Part shown: positions 46,520 to 62,938 of the stretch, piece after piece
How the letters are laid out: each line of letters opens with the position of its first letter
How positions within the stretch are numbered: position 1 is the first letter of the stretch
Assembly: GCF_009914755.1 (NCBI RefSeq)
Contig: NC_060931.1
Direction: 5' to 3' (one strand)
Origin: the human T2T-CHM13v2.0 reference genome, Homo sapiens
Length of the DNA: 64,000 nt
Made by a program: the position numbers and the translations under genes
Notes under the pieces: model-generated
The model's database searches: none
Seen by the model: the letters and a program-made list of their open reading frames with translations, nothing else
What the model was told of the DNA's origin: nothing

Positions 46520-46700
46520 TTACTTGGGTTCACAGCCCAGCTTTGCCACTACCTAGCTGTGTGACCATTTATCTCAGTTTCCTTGTGTATAAAATGGAAT
46601 AATAGTAATGCAACCCTCACAGGTTTGAGGATTAAATGAGTTATTATATGTGAAGTGCATATAACAGTTTACAGCACATAATGAACATTATAATCTTAGG
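46520..46700 (+). mobile_element. MIR
   Basis: GCTGTGTGACC...CTCAGTTTCCT...TAAAATGGAATAATAGTA...GAGGATTAAATGAG. Confidence 0.82.
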
Positions 46701-47265
46701 TTGTGGTTATGTCATTTTTGTGGGATAATGTGATAGAACTTCTTAGGGGAGATTGCATTTGATTGAATGATGAGGAGCGGAAAGATGTTTCAGGCATTTC
46801 TTGTATTGTCCCATGTAGCCACATACCTAATTTATAATGCCTGCAGTAATGTGTCGGTAATGTGTGCTTATGTAGTGCCATTGTCAAAAGATTACAAAGG
46901 GCATTTACAGACGTTTATTCTAAGAACAGTCCCCTGAAACGAGATGGTTTATGCATATTCTTCTGAAGTGTGAGAGGGTGCAGAGCAAGCCCATCCTGTT
47001 CTTCCATTGAGGTGTGCTTGGAGCCTGTGTTTGTTGTGGGTAATTTAGACTCACAGAGAGAGGAAACTTTTAAATCTTTTAAATTATATCTTAAATTCTT
47101 AAGTTATATTTGCAAACAAATGTGGTAAATAGATTTTAAAAATGTTTTCTGTAGCTTCTAGCAATAGTGGAACTTGTTTATTCCTGAGGTACCAGATCAT
47201 AGGCAGTTGAATTTAGAGGAAGTTTATAATAATGAACATTTGTCGTAACTGTGAGGTTGCCACTC

Positions 47266-47636
47266 TGTATTAGTTTTCACACTGCTAAAAAGAAATTCCT
47301 GAAACTGGGTAATTTTATAAAGAAAAGAGGTTTAATTGGCTCATCATTCCACAGGCTGTACAGGAAGCATGGCTGGGGAGGCCTCAGGAAACTTACATGG
47401 TGAAAGTTGAAGGGGAAGCAGGCGTGTCTTCATATGGCTAGAGCAGGAGAAAGGGAGAGGGGGAGATGCCACACTTTTAAACAAGCAGATCTCATGAGAA
47501 CTCTTTCACGAGAACAGCAGCAAATGGAGAAATCTGTCCCCCAGGATCCAGTCACCTCCTACCAGGCCCCACTTCCAACATTAGGGGTTACAATTCAACA
47601 TGAGATTTGGGAGGGATACAGACCCAAACTATATCT
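47266..47636 (-). mobile_element. MaLR solo LTR (MSTA-like)
   Basis: TGTATTAG...AAGAAAAGAGGTTTAATTGGCTCA...GGAAGCATGGCTGGGGAGGCCTCAGGAAACTTAC...CAACATGAGATTTGG. Confidence 0.88.
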
Positions 47637-48799
47637 TATTATCCTCATTTTACAGTGAGGAAACCGAGGCACTGAGATGTTCAGGAGTGTTGCTGAAATC
47701 AAAAAGAAGTGTTGACCCAGGATCTAAGGTCTTTATTGCATTTGCGTAAACCATTTCATTTGATTTGTGTGTTTTACAATAACCCTTTGAGAAAGGTCAG
47801 TCAGCTGCTACGTGCATTTTGGGAAGTATCGTTTATGAGAAGTTGGTGGGGCATCACAGTGAGCTTAGCATGGACTGAAAATTTTGGGGTGGCTGTTGTA
47901 TACCCTTTTGCTACTTCAAGCAAGACACTTTTGGGCCTCAAGATCTATAAAATAACAGAGTTTGGAGGAAACATTGAGTCTGTAAACTATGAAATTCTTG
48001 TGTAGCTTGGAGTGAGACCCATGTGGGAATCTTTGGCAGCCACCGTTTACCACCTTAACTTTTCTGAGCATGTTTTATTATTGGTAATATGGAGCTGTGG
48101 TACTCCCTTTCTTCAGGGCTGTTTTGAACATAATGCTTATAAAATACCTGACAGACCTTGCTAGCTCTCAGCCAACGGAGGTGGGATTCTTGTTAATTGT
48201 TTCAAACTAGGGGTCATACAGGTAGCTGAGCCTGGGTGAGAAGTCCAGCTTCTTAACTCCTCTGGGGCTGGTTCTCTTCAGCACCCAAGCCATATTGCTG
48301 GGGATAAGGAAGACATTTTAATGAGATGAGCCCCAACTTCTCATTAGAAGCTGCAGTCCTGATTCTTTCTCTAGATCCTATCAGGTTGCCAGTTGATCCA
48401 GTAAGTAATGTAGTAAATGTAATGGATCCAGTAAAGAGTTTGGGGTTTTCATGGAGTAATTTCCTAAAATCACCGCAGTCAGTAGCCTGTGAGCCACATG
48501 AGGGCAGGGGACTTGCTCTCTGTGGTGTTCACCTTGTATAATGCAAGGTGATGGGACAGCTGGCACATAGTTCGGAGTCTGGCAGTATTTATTTTGTGAA
48601 GGAAGGAAGGAATGAACAACCTCAGTGAGCTGTAGAAAATGGTATGAGAAAGGGAACAGGATTTTTAAAATTTCAGTTTTGTGGGACAGAGGAAATTGAG
48701 GCACTGAATCAGGCAGGTTATGCCCAGTCTCTGTGGTCACCAGGCCTTAAAATTGGGCATAATTTATACCCTTGAAGATGTTGCATGGCAATACCTTCT

Positions 48800-49050
<251 letters not shown>

Positions 49051-49869
49051 ACATATTTCTATTGTGAAACAAAATTTTATCCATGTCAGGAATTTCCTCT
49101 GAACTAGAGTATGTTCATTCCTCTTTTGTGATTTGAGTCTGTGGGAGTCGGAACTTGTCAGGAAGACTTAGTGTAGCTGTGCTTCTAAGGATGTGCTATT
49201 CTCACAGGCAGCCGTGCTAACCATCTTGCTGTAAACTAGCCACGAGTAAACGTCTGGTTGTGAATCACAGCGTGACCTTTCAGGGAAAACAAAACAAGCA
49301 AACCACCAAACACATGAATCAGATTTTCTTTAGTATCAGGATTGTAAAGTCTGGTATTTAACAGTTTGTCAGGCCCACTTGGAGCAGTTGAGACAACTTC
49401 CTTTCTCTGTTTTTGTTTGTTCAAGATGTGGAAGTGTATATCCTTCTTTAGCAACATATTAGGATAAAAACTTTAAAGTTTTCTTCCACTGAGTTAAACT
49501 ATATTAGTTTTCCTAACTGTCATGGACTTTAAACAATTAAAGATTCCTGGTTACCACTCAAGACCTACTGAATCAGTCTCTTGGAGTGGGACCCAGAAAT
49601 CTATTCTGAAGAGCACCCTAAGTGATTCTATGGTTAATCAGATTTGGAAGCCACTGAGATACAGAATGATAATATTGTATTTTCTATCCACCCATTTATT
49701 CTTTTTTTTTTCCTTCTCTGTGGTCCGAATATCCATTTGTTCTTACTCATTTATCCACGTCTTGAGTAGATTAGAATTGATTACCTATAGGGCATTGGTC
49801 ATTTTAAGAACTAGGCGTAGAAACAAGAGGTAGAACACAATGCCTGCCCCATGGGGTTCACAGGTGGTC

Positions 49870-50025
49870 TCAGAAGTTTTTAACTTTGGGTTGAGTGTTA
49901 AAGGATTCACATACTTCCCAAAAGCCAGGAGCAGAAGATTTTGTGTACACACTTTTTTTTTTTTGTTTTAAGCTTTCATCAGATTCTCCAAGGGGTCAGT
50001 GACCCATAAAAGGTTAAGAACCAAG
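49870..50025. mobile_element. hAT-Charlie fragment (Charlie4-like)
   Basis: AGCTTTCATCAGATTCTCCAAGGGGTCAGTGACCCATAAAAGGTTAAGAACCA terminal motif. Confidence 0.55.
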
Positions 50026-51265
50026 GTCTTGTGCTTGCACAGCTGTTCTGGAAAAAGTAGAAGAGGGCAGTGTTTCTGTTGCCACTTAAGATGTTTTTGA
50101 CCTTTTGAGAGGCAACAGCGGTTTGAGGACTGTACCTGTTTTCTGTCCTACTTAAAATATTTAAAAAGAAGAAAAAATAGTTTAACATCTGGGTCAGGGT
50201 CAGAACAAGACCAAGGGATATGGAAAATAGTTATTTCGTGAACTGCATCACATTTAATGTTAAAGAGCTGCTGACAGCCAAACAGCCTGGTGGTTAGCGT
50301 GATGGAGGAACTTCTTAAGCTGGATAGCATAGGCAAGGTTCATTCCAGTTTTCTTACAGTATATAATTAGCCAAATTATGGATAACAATTTTCACCCCAT
50401 GGATATACATAAAGACTAATTGTCTTATTTTTGTTCCATTTTAGCCCCAGCATGTCCATTGAATTGCTTAATTCCAAAATAACTTTGCCAGCCGTACAGC
50501 TGATACATTCTTCTTTATCTTCTAAAATCCCCAAATAACACTGTTCATAGCAAAACAGAGTTGGATATTAAGAAAGAACATCTTTAACTGCTGTGGAAAG
50601 TGTTTACTTTGTAAAACACTAGAACCTTGTATGTATAATGTTCTTATCCCTAAGGATAACTTTATAATTGAATTTCAATTAAGGATGTTCTCTTCCTTTT
50701 CCTCCTCCTCTTCTCTCTAAGTTGTACTCATTGAATTCATGTTTCAATGGGGAACAAAAATTTTTCAAATATTGTTGTTCTGGTAATGCTGCATTTTAGG
50801 ATCTGGAGAGGGCAGTCAGTGGGATTAAATGTTATCAAATAGGTTAAATTATTTGGCCATTTACTTTGGTATAGTTCCTCTGGAGCTCAGGAGGATGTTA
50901 GAGGTCTTTGTTGTCAGTGAAATCTTGTAAATGTATTTTTAGGCTGTTCAAATGTCTGGATCACCTATTTTGAACTTTTGCATATACCACCTTACATTAC
51001 TTATTTTTATAAAGTGGACATTTTATCTTTATAAGGTTTTGCCTTGCTGGACAGTGATTATGTGTTCTAGGTCTTTATAGCTTTGCCATTACCCGGCATA
51101 CTGAGCACATAACAGACACTCAATAAATATTTGATTAATTGGATATGTTGATTGGGTACCCAAGAAACCAGAAGATGAAATAAGTCTGGAGTTAGAACTT
51201 GATACATGCTTAGAAAGGTAGGAACGTAAAAGTGGATTATGAGGTCTATCTCTTAGGCTGACGTG

Positions 51266-51452
51266 CTCTCCTTTCTCCTTCCCCATCCCTCTCCACCCCC
51301 TCTCCTCCCTTCTCTCTTCCATCCTGCCTCTCCTCTCCCTCCCCCTCTCCCCTCTCCCCTCTCCCCTCTGCCTTCTCCCCTCTCCCCTCTTCCCTCTCTG
51401 TTTTCTTTCTCTTTCCTTTCCCTTTCTCTTTCCTTAATTTTCTTTTCTTTCT
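51266..51452. repeat. Polypyrimidine/polypurine tract
   Basis: About 185 bp of almost only C/T, with repeated CTCCCCT units. Confidence 0.93.
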
Positions 51453-51629
51453 GTTCATATATAGGTAGTAGAGCCAGCTCACGTTTGCTAGTTCTTTAAA
51501 AATCTTAAGTATTTAGAATTCCACAGTTACAAGAATTTTATGGTAGAGCCACAACACTAAGTTTTCATTTGGAAAATGTTAAATGTAGTGAACCTTGAGA
51601 GAGGTTTTTATTAGTTATTGCTTTTATTT

Positions 51630-53196
<1,567 letters not shown>

Positions 53197-55014
53197 CAGA
53201 CTTGATTATTAAAAGACATCTGCTACTCAAATAGATGCCACCCTTAATCTGTCCTAATCAAGTAAAATCTTGTTAGTTATATTTGGGTAGAGGAAATATT
53301 GTAGGCTAATGAACAGTGGCTGTCAACAGTTATCTTGAAAATCTAGACTTGTAGCCTTGAAGGAGAGGGACCCGAACTGTGAAGAGATTTGTCACTAACC
53401 ATGCTATATTGGATGTAAACCTGGGAGTGGTTACAGGAGGTGGCTTAGGGTAATATGTGCTGGCATCTTTAAGTATTTCGGGAAGAGGGATTTAGATCCA
53501 AGTGGTCACTCCTACTCCCATTGGAGACGCAATTTGGCATTGTGTATAAAAGAAGAGTTTTTCTAATAGTGCTGTGTTAGGGTCCTGAATTCCAGCTGCT
53601 GCCATTCAAACAGGCTCACTTAACACTCACCTGGATTATTCTAATGGGAATTCAAACTGGGTATTGGTGACCTTTGAGGGCTCTCCCTCCCAAAGAGACT
53701 ATGAGTGTGTGATTTTTCAGGGCAAAATGTTCTAAGTAAATCAAGTCATGGTTCAAAGTCTAGATCCGCTCCTTGTAATTTTTTTTTTTTCTTTTTAAAG
53801 AACTCAGTCTTGGGTGCTGTTTACTTCATATTTAAGCCCATGGTCCCCATGTGTATTGAACTGGCACAAACTAAACTTGTCTGCTCCTCTAGGTCTCTTC
53901 TCATAGTCTGAGTTCTTAAAATTAAGGTCAGTTAAAAGAAGCACCTTGGCATTTTCCTTATTGGAGTTTGCTGTGTGTTTGCAAATCAAAATGGGAATTG
54001 ATTCAGTCATTTGGGCTATACAGGTTTTCATCTCAAGTCACTTAAGTGAAATCCATAAGGAAAGATGTTCATGCTTTACCTACCATAGGGCTCACTCACC
54101 TCTTTTCTTAAATACAAAACAAAAAGCACCTGCCAGTTTTAAGGGACTGAAAAGGTGTTTTATGATGGCTGAAAATACATCTGAGAATAATAATATAGTT
54201 ATACCTAGACTGGTGATACATCATTACAGTATCTGCGGGGAAAAGTAGAGGGTGGAAGTCTGTATGTGGGGTCAGTCTTAACAAGGAAAGCTGACATGAA
54301 TGCTCTAGCCCTGCAGTACCAGAGGGCACCTGGATTAATGTTCTGGGCCCTAATTCAGCGTCCTGTCTCTCAGACACTTGGCACTGATTTGCTCATCTCA
54401 GAGCTGAAGTCTTAAGGACTAAGAGGAGAGAGGAACACATCATTTTCTCTGCCAGAGGAGGTACTTAAACTGGGAAAGGAGGAGGAGACCTTAACAAATC
54501 AAGCCTTGGCAAGGAAATCTGTCATGAATCAGCAATGCCTTGGAAAGCCTCTTTCGCTGTATTTTACAAAGCTAAACACTTGTCGCTACTGACATTTCTC
54601 TATTGCTTACCTTGAGGATCAGCTTTAGGTAGCACTATGAATGGAATGAATCCTTTTTTGTGTGTGCCCATTTTGACATTAGGTAATTAATTTACAACTA
54701 GCTCAATTAGAGTCCAGCCCATACAGTGTGTACATGGCCTTTTAAAGAGCCTTTGTTTTGACGCTAATTGAACTGGTTGTAGCAGAGACAGCCAAACAAT
54801 TTGCATTCATCTTTGGCAGAACACAAGGGCTCTCCCTTGGTATGGACAGCCCCATTTTTTATTCCTTCTACCAAGTCTGGCACTAAAGTGATGTGTGCTT
54901 ATTTTATTTTTCTAATTTAAAAAAACTTTGAAGAGGACAAAAGCCACATAGGTTTATTGTAGAAAAATTGGAAGACATAGATAAGCAAGGAAGAAAATAA
55001 AGATCATACATTAT

Positions 55015-55322
55015 CTTTTCTTCTTAAGACGGAGTCTCAATCTGTCGCCCAGGCTGGAGTGCAGTAGAGCAATCTCGGCTTACTGCCGCCTCCACCTCCT
55101 GGATTCAAGCGATTCTCCTGCTGCAGCCTCCTGAGTACGTAGCTAGGATTACAGGTGTGTGCCACCACACGTGGCTAATTTTTGTATTTTTTGTAGAGAT
55201 GGGGTTTCAACATGTTGGCCAGGCTGGTCTCGAACTCCTGACCTCAAGTGATCCGCGCCCCCCCCCCCCCCTTGGCCTCCCAAAGTGCTAGGATTACAGG
55301 TGTGAGTCCCCACACCTGGCCT
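55015..55322 (-). mobile_element. Alu (AluS-like) with an internal C14 run
   Basis: Reverse Alu; poly-C at 55258-55271. Confidence 0.92.
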
Positions 55323-55369
55323 GGAGCACACATTAGCTTAATACCAAGAGAAAACCATTTACAACCTAG

Positions 55370-55842
<473 letters not shown>

Positions 55843-56792
55843 TGTCCTATAACATTTTAAATGTCTGCATAATAGTCAATTGTGTGGATGTACCAAAACA
55901 TATTTAACCAATCTGTTATTATTGGACACTTGAGCCCTTTCCAGGTTTTCGATGTTATAACTAGCCTTGTGATATATATTCATGCTACTAAATCTTTGTG
56001 AAGTCTTAATTATTTGCAACCAATAAATTTCTAGATATTGAATTACTTGGACAGGGGCATGCATGTTTTAACATTTTTTATGCATACTGCCAAATTGCAA
56101 CAATTTCCACTTTCAGTAATGACAGCTTTATGTTTATTCTTGATATTCAGGAGTACAGTATAGAGAGTATTGACTCAGAAGTGGATTAAATCCTGATCAG
56201 TGATTTTGCTATTGCCCCTGAAATTTACGTCAGCCTTATAATCTTCTGTTCCCAGTATCAGGTGAAAGAGGCCAGTTTATATCATATAGTACAATATAGG
56301 TTTACTTATCTTGACTAATATGTGTTATTTAGTTTTGAAAAATTGTAGAATAAAAGCAGGTAGCTGCTGCTGTAAGACAAAAGTGCCTTTGTTTTTCGTA
56401 AGGCAGGATTCTGAAACAGTGTTTTCACTATGAATAAGGACCAACCTAAATAAATAGATGAAAATCAAAGCGATAGTAGATGGTTTTGCTAAGTATATGA
56501 AAAAAATATTTGGATCTTCTTGAGGCAGTGAAACCCAAGACTGGAGGAGCAAGATGAACTGTGGCATCTTGTATCAGGGGTGGCCTTGGAGAGGCTGTTA
56601 TACCTCGTGTATGTGGTCTATCATTGACTGAACATTTGTTATGCTGCTCATGATTGTATTTGCAGCACCTGAAAGTGCAGTTGGACAAATAGATGCTCAT
56701 TGTTGACTGAATGAATAAATGAATAGAATAGATACACAGGAGAGTGAGATTTCAGAAAAAGACCTTTCAGGTCATCTAAGACCCTCCCCCTA

Positions 56793-57093
56793 ATTTTATT
56801 TTACTTTATTTTTTGAGACAGGTTCTTGCTCTGTCACCCAGACTGGAATCCAGTGGTGCATTCACAACTCACTGCAGCTTCGAACTCTTAGGCTGAAATG
56901 ATCCTCCTGCTTCAGCCTCCCAAGTAGCTGGGACTACAGGTGCATGCCACCGTGCCTGGCTAATTTTATTTTTTTGTAGAGACAAGGTCTTGCTTTGCTG
57001 CCCAGGCTGGTCTCAAACTCCTGGCCTCAATCAGTCCTCCTGCCTCAGCCTCCCAAGTGCTGGGACTACAGGCGTGAGCCACTGTGCTTAGCC
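56793..57093 (-). mobile_element. Alu (AluJ-like) inserted in a MIR
   Basis: Reverse Alu with MIR-like flanks. Confidence 0.9.
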
Positions 57094-60000
57094 CATCCAG
57101 TTTTCTAATTAAAGACATAGAAGTTCAGAAAGATGAAGTGACATCTTTCTCAAGACTAAGTTAATGATCACAGCAGAAGTTGTAGTTCTCTGTATCAATG
57201 TATTTCTGAGATTCTCATAGTACTAGAATTGTATGTTTTTCCCTTGATATGGTACTTTGTATGATTAAATTTCAAAATCAATAGTAAAATTTTAATTTCA
57301 AATGCAGTATAAGCACAATTTCCCTAACTCCTCTTTTTTTCCTCTGTTTGGAAATAGCCTCAGTTTTTGTTAAAATTCAACACAGTCTTAAACTTGCATT
57401 TCTTTTTTCCTTACTTTCTTTCTTTCTATAATATTTTCACCTATCCTATTTCATTCACAGTGGAGGTTTTAATTTACTTCAAGCAGTATTGCCATCTGGA
57501 TGTCAAAAGACATTGAATTGACTTCTTATCTGTAGATCCCAATAAAGGTCTCACCTGCCTAGAAACAAAAGATTTAGTCAGGAATTGAGGAGGAGCAAAG
57601 CAAAGGCTTCACCAGAGGCCCAGGTGCTACCTATCTGCCCACTTGTTCTTTGATTGACAGTGGGGCACAGAGGTGCCTTGTGTTTCTCTAGGAAGTAGCT
57701 TTTGCATACAGTGTTTGTTTGGAACTTTTCAATTTGCTAGTGCTGAATAATGTCTGCAGTAAAAGTTGGTTTAGGGTAAACCCGGAGAAAGGAATTAAAG
57801 AGAAGTTTTAACATTTCTATTGTTTTTCTTCTGTGACTTTAGCCTTTCCCCCTTCTTAGTGAATTATTATAGAGTTTTATTAAAATGTAAGTTCTGGAAA
57901 TTAGACACCATGGTATTTAGACCAGCATGGGATACTGTACTCTTAGGTTCCATAATATTTCATAGTACATCTCTTTATTGTATGTTAAATGATAGCGAAG
58001 TATAATAAAATGCACCTAGAGAGTACTTATCTATTTTATGTCCTGTAACATTCAGTACTTGATGCAAATGTAGCAGATCTCGATTCAAACAGGAGCAAAA
58101 CTGGTTATAACTCAAGAGAAAGGGGATAGGCTCATCTTGATGGAAAGTTCCCTGTTGGTGGCATAAGTTCAGCAAAACCATAGAATTTGAGGCTCTAAGG
58201 GACCTTTGTAACATCTACTCCAATCTTTTATTTTGCAGATGGGGAAAGAATTAGCCACTGGTTCAGTGTCACTCAGCAGGTTAAAGAAAGACCTGTGGGC
58301 AGAACCTAGAACTTAACGCCTGCTCTGCTGTGTCTTTTCATTTTCTGATCACAATTGAAGCATGTGGTCTACCCTGTCTTTAAAAGAGCATACCATTTGA
58401 TGTTTGTTAGCTTGAAACCTGTTGTGCCCAAGGGCACCTAAAGGCTTCCGTCTTGCTCCCTTTTCCTGGATGCCCAGGTCATTCTGTGCCTCTGAGGGTG
58501 GGTTTGGATATGGCTGAAATGAAAGCTGTGTTGTGGCAGTGCTTAGAGAATTGTCTCTGATGATAGGACTCTTTTAAGAAAGCAGTGAAAAAGCAGTAAG
58601 GAGACTGTTACTTCATAAAACAATTGGCTCTGGACTTGGAGAAGACCCAGGTGGCGGATGGTTACATCCCTTGGCAGCAGCTGTCTTTGCTATATCTCTT
58701 ACAGTCTTAGAGATCTGGGAGTCTTTGGCTCTTAATTTTAACCTAGATTCACTGTATGATCTTGGTCAAACGCCTCACCTCTTGGGCCTCAGTTACCTTG
58801 TAGTAAATTCAAGGGGAGTTAAAGTGGATGATTTCTATGGCAACTTCCAGGCCTTGAATTATTATTTTTATAAAAGTTTTTCCACATGATCAAGTAACCA
58901 AACATGTATTGCTGACAGTCCATTTTATTACTGTTTTGATTGGTTTTCATGAGAATTTGGAAAATGTCTGCAGACTTTACTGTGATCAGGCTGCTAGCAA
59001 TTATTTACAGAGCACCCATCAAGTGTTCAGGGCTATAAAAGAAATAGTGTCTAGCTTCAGGGAGACAGAAAGACTTCTTGATCTCCCCAGCCGGGGATGG
59101 AGGGCATTCTCTTCCACTGGATTTAAGCTCTGTGAGTGCAGGGGCTTTGTCTCTCTTAAGTAGTGCACAGTTCAGTAAACATTGGTTGCATTAATGAAAG
59201 AATGAATCCAGTTGTCAGTCTTGCTTATATTTACTGAAGATATCCCACTGAGATTTATTGGTTTCTTCAACCCGTAAATGCTGCTAACTTGAATACATTT
59301 CCCAGAAAGTATTCCTTACCTTCCATAGAAAAATGCGGCCAGGATGCTCTGAGGCTATAGGGAAAAACCATAAATATTCCACTCCTTTCTTGAAATTCAA
59401 TTTAATATTAGCATATTGAATGCCCTGAGATTACCTGCCTTCAAATATTTTGGTTTAACCCAGCATTTTTGAAATTCATTTGACCTCAGAATATTGTTCA
59501 TTCCACTCTCCCATGACACACTTGTTAATATCCCCCAGAACTTTGATTTGTAAAATAAAAAGGTTGATATAGGGAGTAATAATATGGAATAAATAGAAGC
59601 AGCAACATTAGTTAAGAATAATTAATTGAACACAATGGAGCATATACATTAAGTGCTGTTCCTAGCAGCTCTGTGTGAAACTGTGGTAGACTTGTAGATT
59701 TTTTTTCTTTTAAAAATGACTATCTATGTCTCATTACAGATACAAGGTTGGGTGGTAGAGAGATTGAAGGAAGTTGCAAGTGACCTAATAGCTAATTTAC
59801 AGTTACGGAAGTTGAATGGTAGCATTTTAACTTGTGTCAAGGGCTGCCCTGTCAGGTACTGCAGGGGAATAACGATGAAAGGGAGTCTGTGTCTGCTCCT
59901 TCTGGAGCTGGCTGTCCAGTGGAGGAGACAGACATGTAAACAGATTATAGCAATAAAGTACTCAAATGTGTAATGAACAGAAATAGGACACAGGAAGGAA

Positions 60001-61611
60001 TGGTATTTTCCCCTGGTTTAGAACAGGGTTGCTGTTCATACAATAAGCCCAAACCACATTAACTGGAACCCCTCTAGATCCTCCAGACAAAATTCTACTC
60101 ATACATCAAGATTCAAACAACTCGGCCTCTTCATGCTTTCGCTGATCCAGAATTAATTGCATCATCTATATTGCCTGCAGAGCCTTGCTTACACCTGTGT
60201 CATAGGCCTTATCATAATCTGCTTTGTATGTGAATTACTTGAGGGCAGGATAGAGTTGTCTTTGTCCCTGTATCTCTGGGGCCTGCAGTTACAGCATGGA
60301 CTGCATATTCGCTGCTTTGTTTAGACTTGGAGCAAGTTATTGGACTGTGAAAGCTACTCACTTTAAGTAAATTCAGTAAATAAAATTATGTTTTATGGAA
60401 GACAGATTGGACAGGTGGTGGTATTATTAGCATTTTCTCTCAATGCTTAAATATGATTTACATTTCAAGATTTCAGTTACATTTTTTAAGGAATTCAACA
60501 ATTCTGCATCATGAAGTATTCTTTCACACAAATGTTCCATAGTCATTAGTTTTTACAGAACCCTTTTCTTATATTCTGCATTTCATCTGGAATACTATAA
60601 GCACAAGTTCAGTTTGGCATTCTGTTCTCCACTAGTGATTGAGTTTGAAGCCCAAGGTCAGGATATTGATTGATGACATTTCCCTTTAAAGTATTTGTAT
60701 CCATTTGCAATTTGGGGACAGAGTGATTCCCAGTATGGTGCAGGAAATAACTAAACTGGAAGTCAGCCTGACTCAGTTTTGTAGTTAATTTTCTTTGTGA
60801 CCTTGGGCAAGTCACTTAACCTTCCAATAACTGAGGGAGTTGGCCCAGAACTAGCACAGTCTTCTAATGCAGACATTCCACGATTCTCTAGGGAGGATTC
60901 ACTTCCATAGAGGTTTAAAAGTGGATACATTTTTAGGTTAAATGGCTTTGTTCATTTAGTTTTTTTCTCCTTAACCCATTTTGGAGCAATAAGACTGTCA
61001 TGGAGTAAAACCAAATTACCTGGAACTCTCAAAAGGCTGCAGTTCTTATCCTATTTTTTTTATTTTTAAGGGAAGGGAAAAAAATGGCAACAAACAAATT
61101 TATATCCATGAGTCAGGACAAATCCATCCCAGTTTTCTAACATACACAGTGTACATAAACATATTCAATGAAGCACTGCAGATTCTTAACCGAAAATGGA
61201 ATATTTGGTTTGACTTACCATCCTAAATGTGGGAAGAACTGTACTTTGATATATACTTTTTGAGTATTTTTAGCAAAAATTGATATAAGCAGTTGTCTTG
61301 GTTGGCAAGGACTTGTGTATAGGAACCTGGCTCCCAGCTCAGTGACGAGTGTATTCTGTAACTTTGAATAAGTCACTGAACCTTTCTAGATGTCAGTGTC
61401 CTCAGCTGTTAGATTTGATACTGTTCTGATTACTAACAGATCTGTGATTAGACATTTCCATGCATTTATTTCAGGCCTCTTCCTGTTCTCTTCCTTGAGA
61501 GATTAACAAATATACCCACCCCTTCCCTCACACAGTCTCAGGCAATTATTGATTTGTGAGGGAAAAGGGGTATTTTAAAACACTTTAAATGATACATTCA
61601 AGAAAATTATC

Positions 61612-62190
61612 TCGTATTGGTTATCAATTGATATATAACAACATTACCACAAACTTAGTGCCTTAAAATAATACACATTTATTATCCCACAGTTTCTGTG
61701 AGTCAGGAGGAGTCTGGGCACTTCTTAGTTGGGTCCTTTGCAAGGCTGCAATCAAGATGTTGTCCTGGGCTGGGGTCTCACTTACACGCTTGACTATGGA
61801 AGCATAAGCTACTGAGCCCACTGTGATTGTTGGTGGAACTTATTTCCTTGCAGCTGGAGGACTAGAGGGACTTAATGTTTTTGCTGGCTAGGGGCTGCCC
61901 TTTGCTCCTTGAGGCCACCCACATATCCTTGTAATGTGTGCTTCCCTAACATGGCTGCTGGCCCCCTCAGAAGCAGCAAGGGAGAGAACAAGGCAGTGCT
62001 GCAGTCTTTTGGAATGTAATCACATAATCATGTATACATAATCATGTATGTCCATCATCTTTGCTCTACTCTGGTTAAAAGCAAGTCACAGGTCCCTCCC
62101 ACGCTCAAGGTGAGATGATCACACAAGGGCATTGACAACCAGGAGGCAAGGGTCATGGGGGCCGTCTGAAGCATCTGTCAGCCACACCAT
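61612..62190 (-). mobile_element. MaLR LTR (MLT1E/F-like)
   Basis: TTACCACAAACTTAGTG...ATTTATTATCCCACAGTTTCTGTG...AAGCAAGTCACAGG...CACGCTCAAGG motifs. Confidence 0.75.
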
Positions 62191-62529
62191 ATTTCAGGTT
62201 TTTTTTTTTTCTGTATCTTCCTTTGGATCTGTGAATAAGTATCTCACTTCATACTAAAGCCTCAATAAACACTGATTGACAGAAAGTCTTTGTGCTCATT
62301 TAAAACTTCTCAGCTCCACAGAGTATTTGTACCATGCCCTTGTTTTATGGAGTCCCCAGATACTGATGAGGGCAGGGTTTGAGTTTGAGGGCTGTTCATT
62401 CTTCTGCCCGCCAACCCCCCACCCCGCCCCCAGCACAGAACTGCCAGTGTTAGGTGCTCATTAAGTGTTTGTCAAAGGATTATAACTGTTGTTCCAATTG
62501 CAGCAGTAAGTAAATTTGAAGAAGCTCCC

Positions 62530-62938
62530 TGATATTGAGTGAATTGTATTCTCCACCCCCCAAATTCGTATGTTGAAGCTCTAACCTCCAATGTGATGGT
62601 AGTCCCAGCTACCAGAGAGGCTGAGGTGAGAAGATTGCTTGAAGCCCTGGAGATGAGGCTGCAGTGAGCCTTGATTGTGCCACTGCACTCAACCTGGGCA
62701 ACAGAGTGAGACCCTGTCTGTAAATAAATATGTGTGTACAGACATACATAAGGTTCACAATTCAATTTAAAAAAGAGAAAGTGACCATCTACAAGCCAGG
62801 AAGAGAGCCCCCACCAGAACCCTATCATGCTGGCACCCTGATCTTGGATTTCCAGCCTCCAGAACTGTGAGAAAATCAGGTTCGCCTGTTTAAGTCACCC
62901 AGTCTTTGGTATTTCGTTATGGTGGCCTGAGCTAAGAC
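62530..62938 (+). mobile_element. MaLR LTR (MLT1A-like) carrying an Alu right-arm fragment (~62595-62730)
   Basis: CCCCCAAATTCGTATGTTGAAGCTCTAACC start; GATCTTGGATTTCCAGCCTCCAGAACTGTGAGA...CTAAGACA end. Confidence 0.8.
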
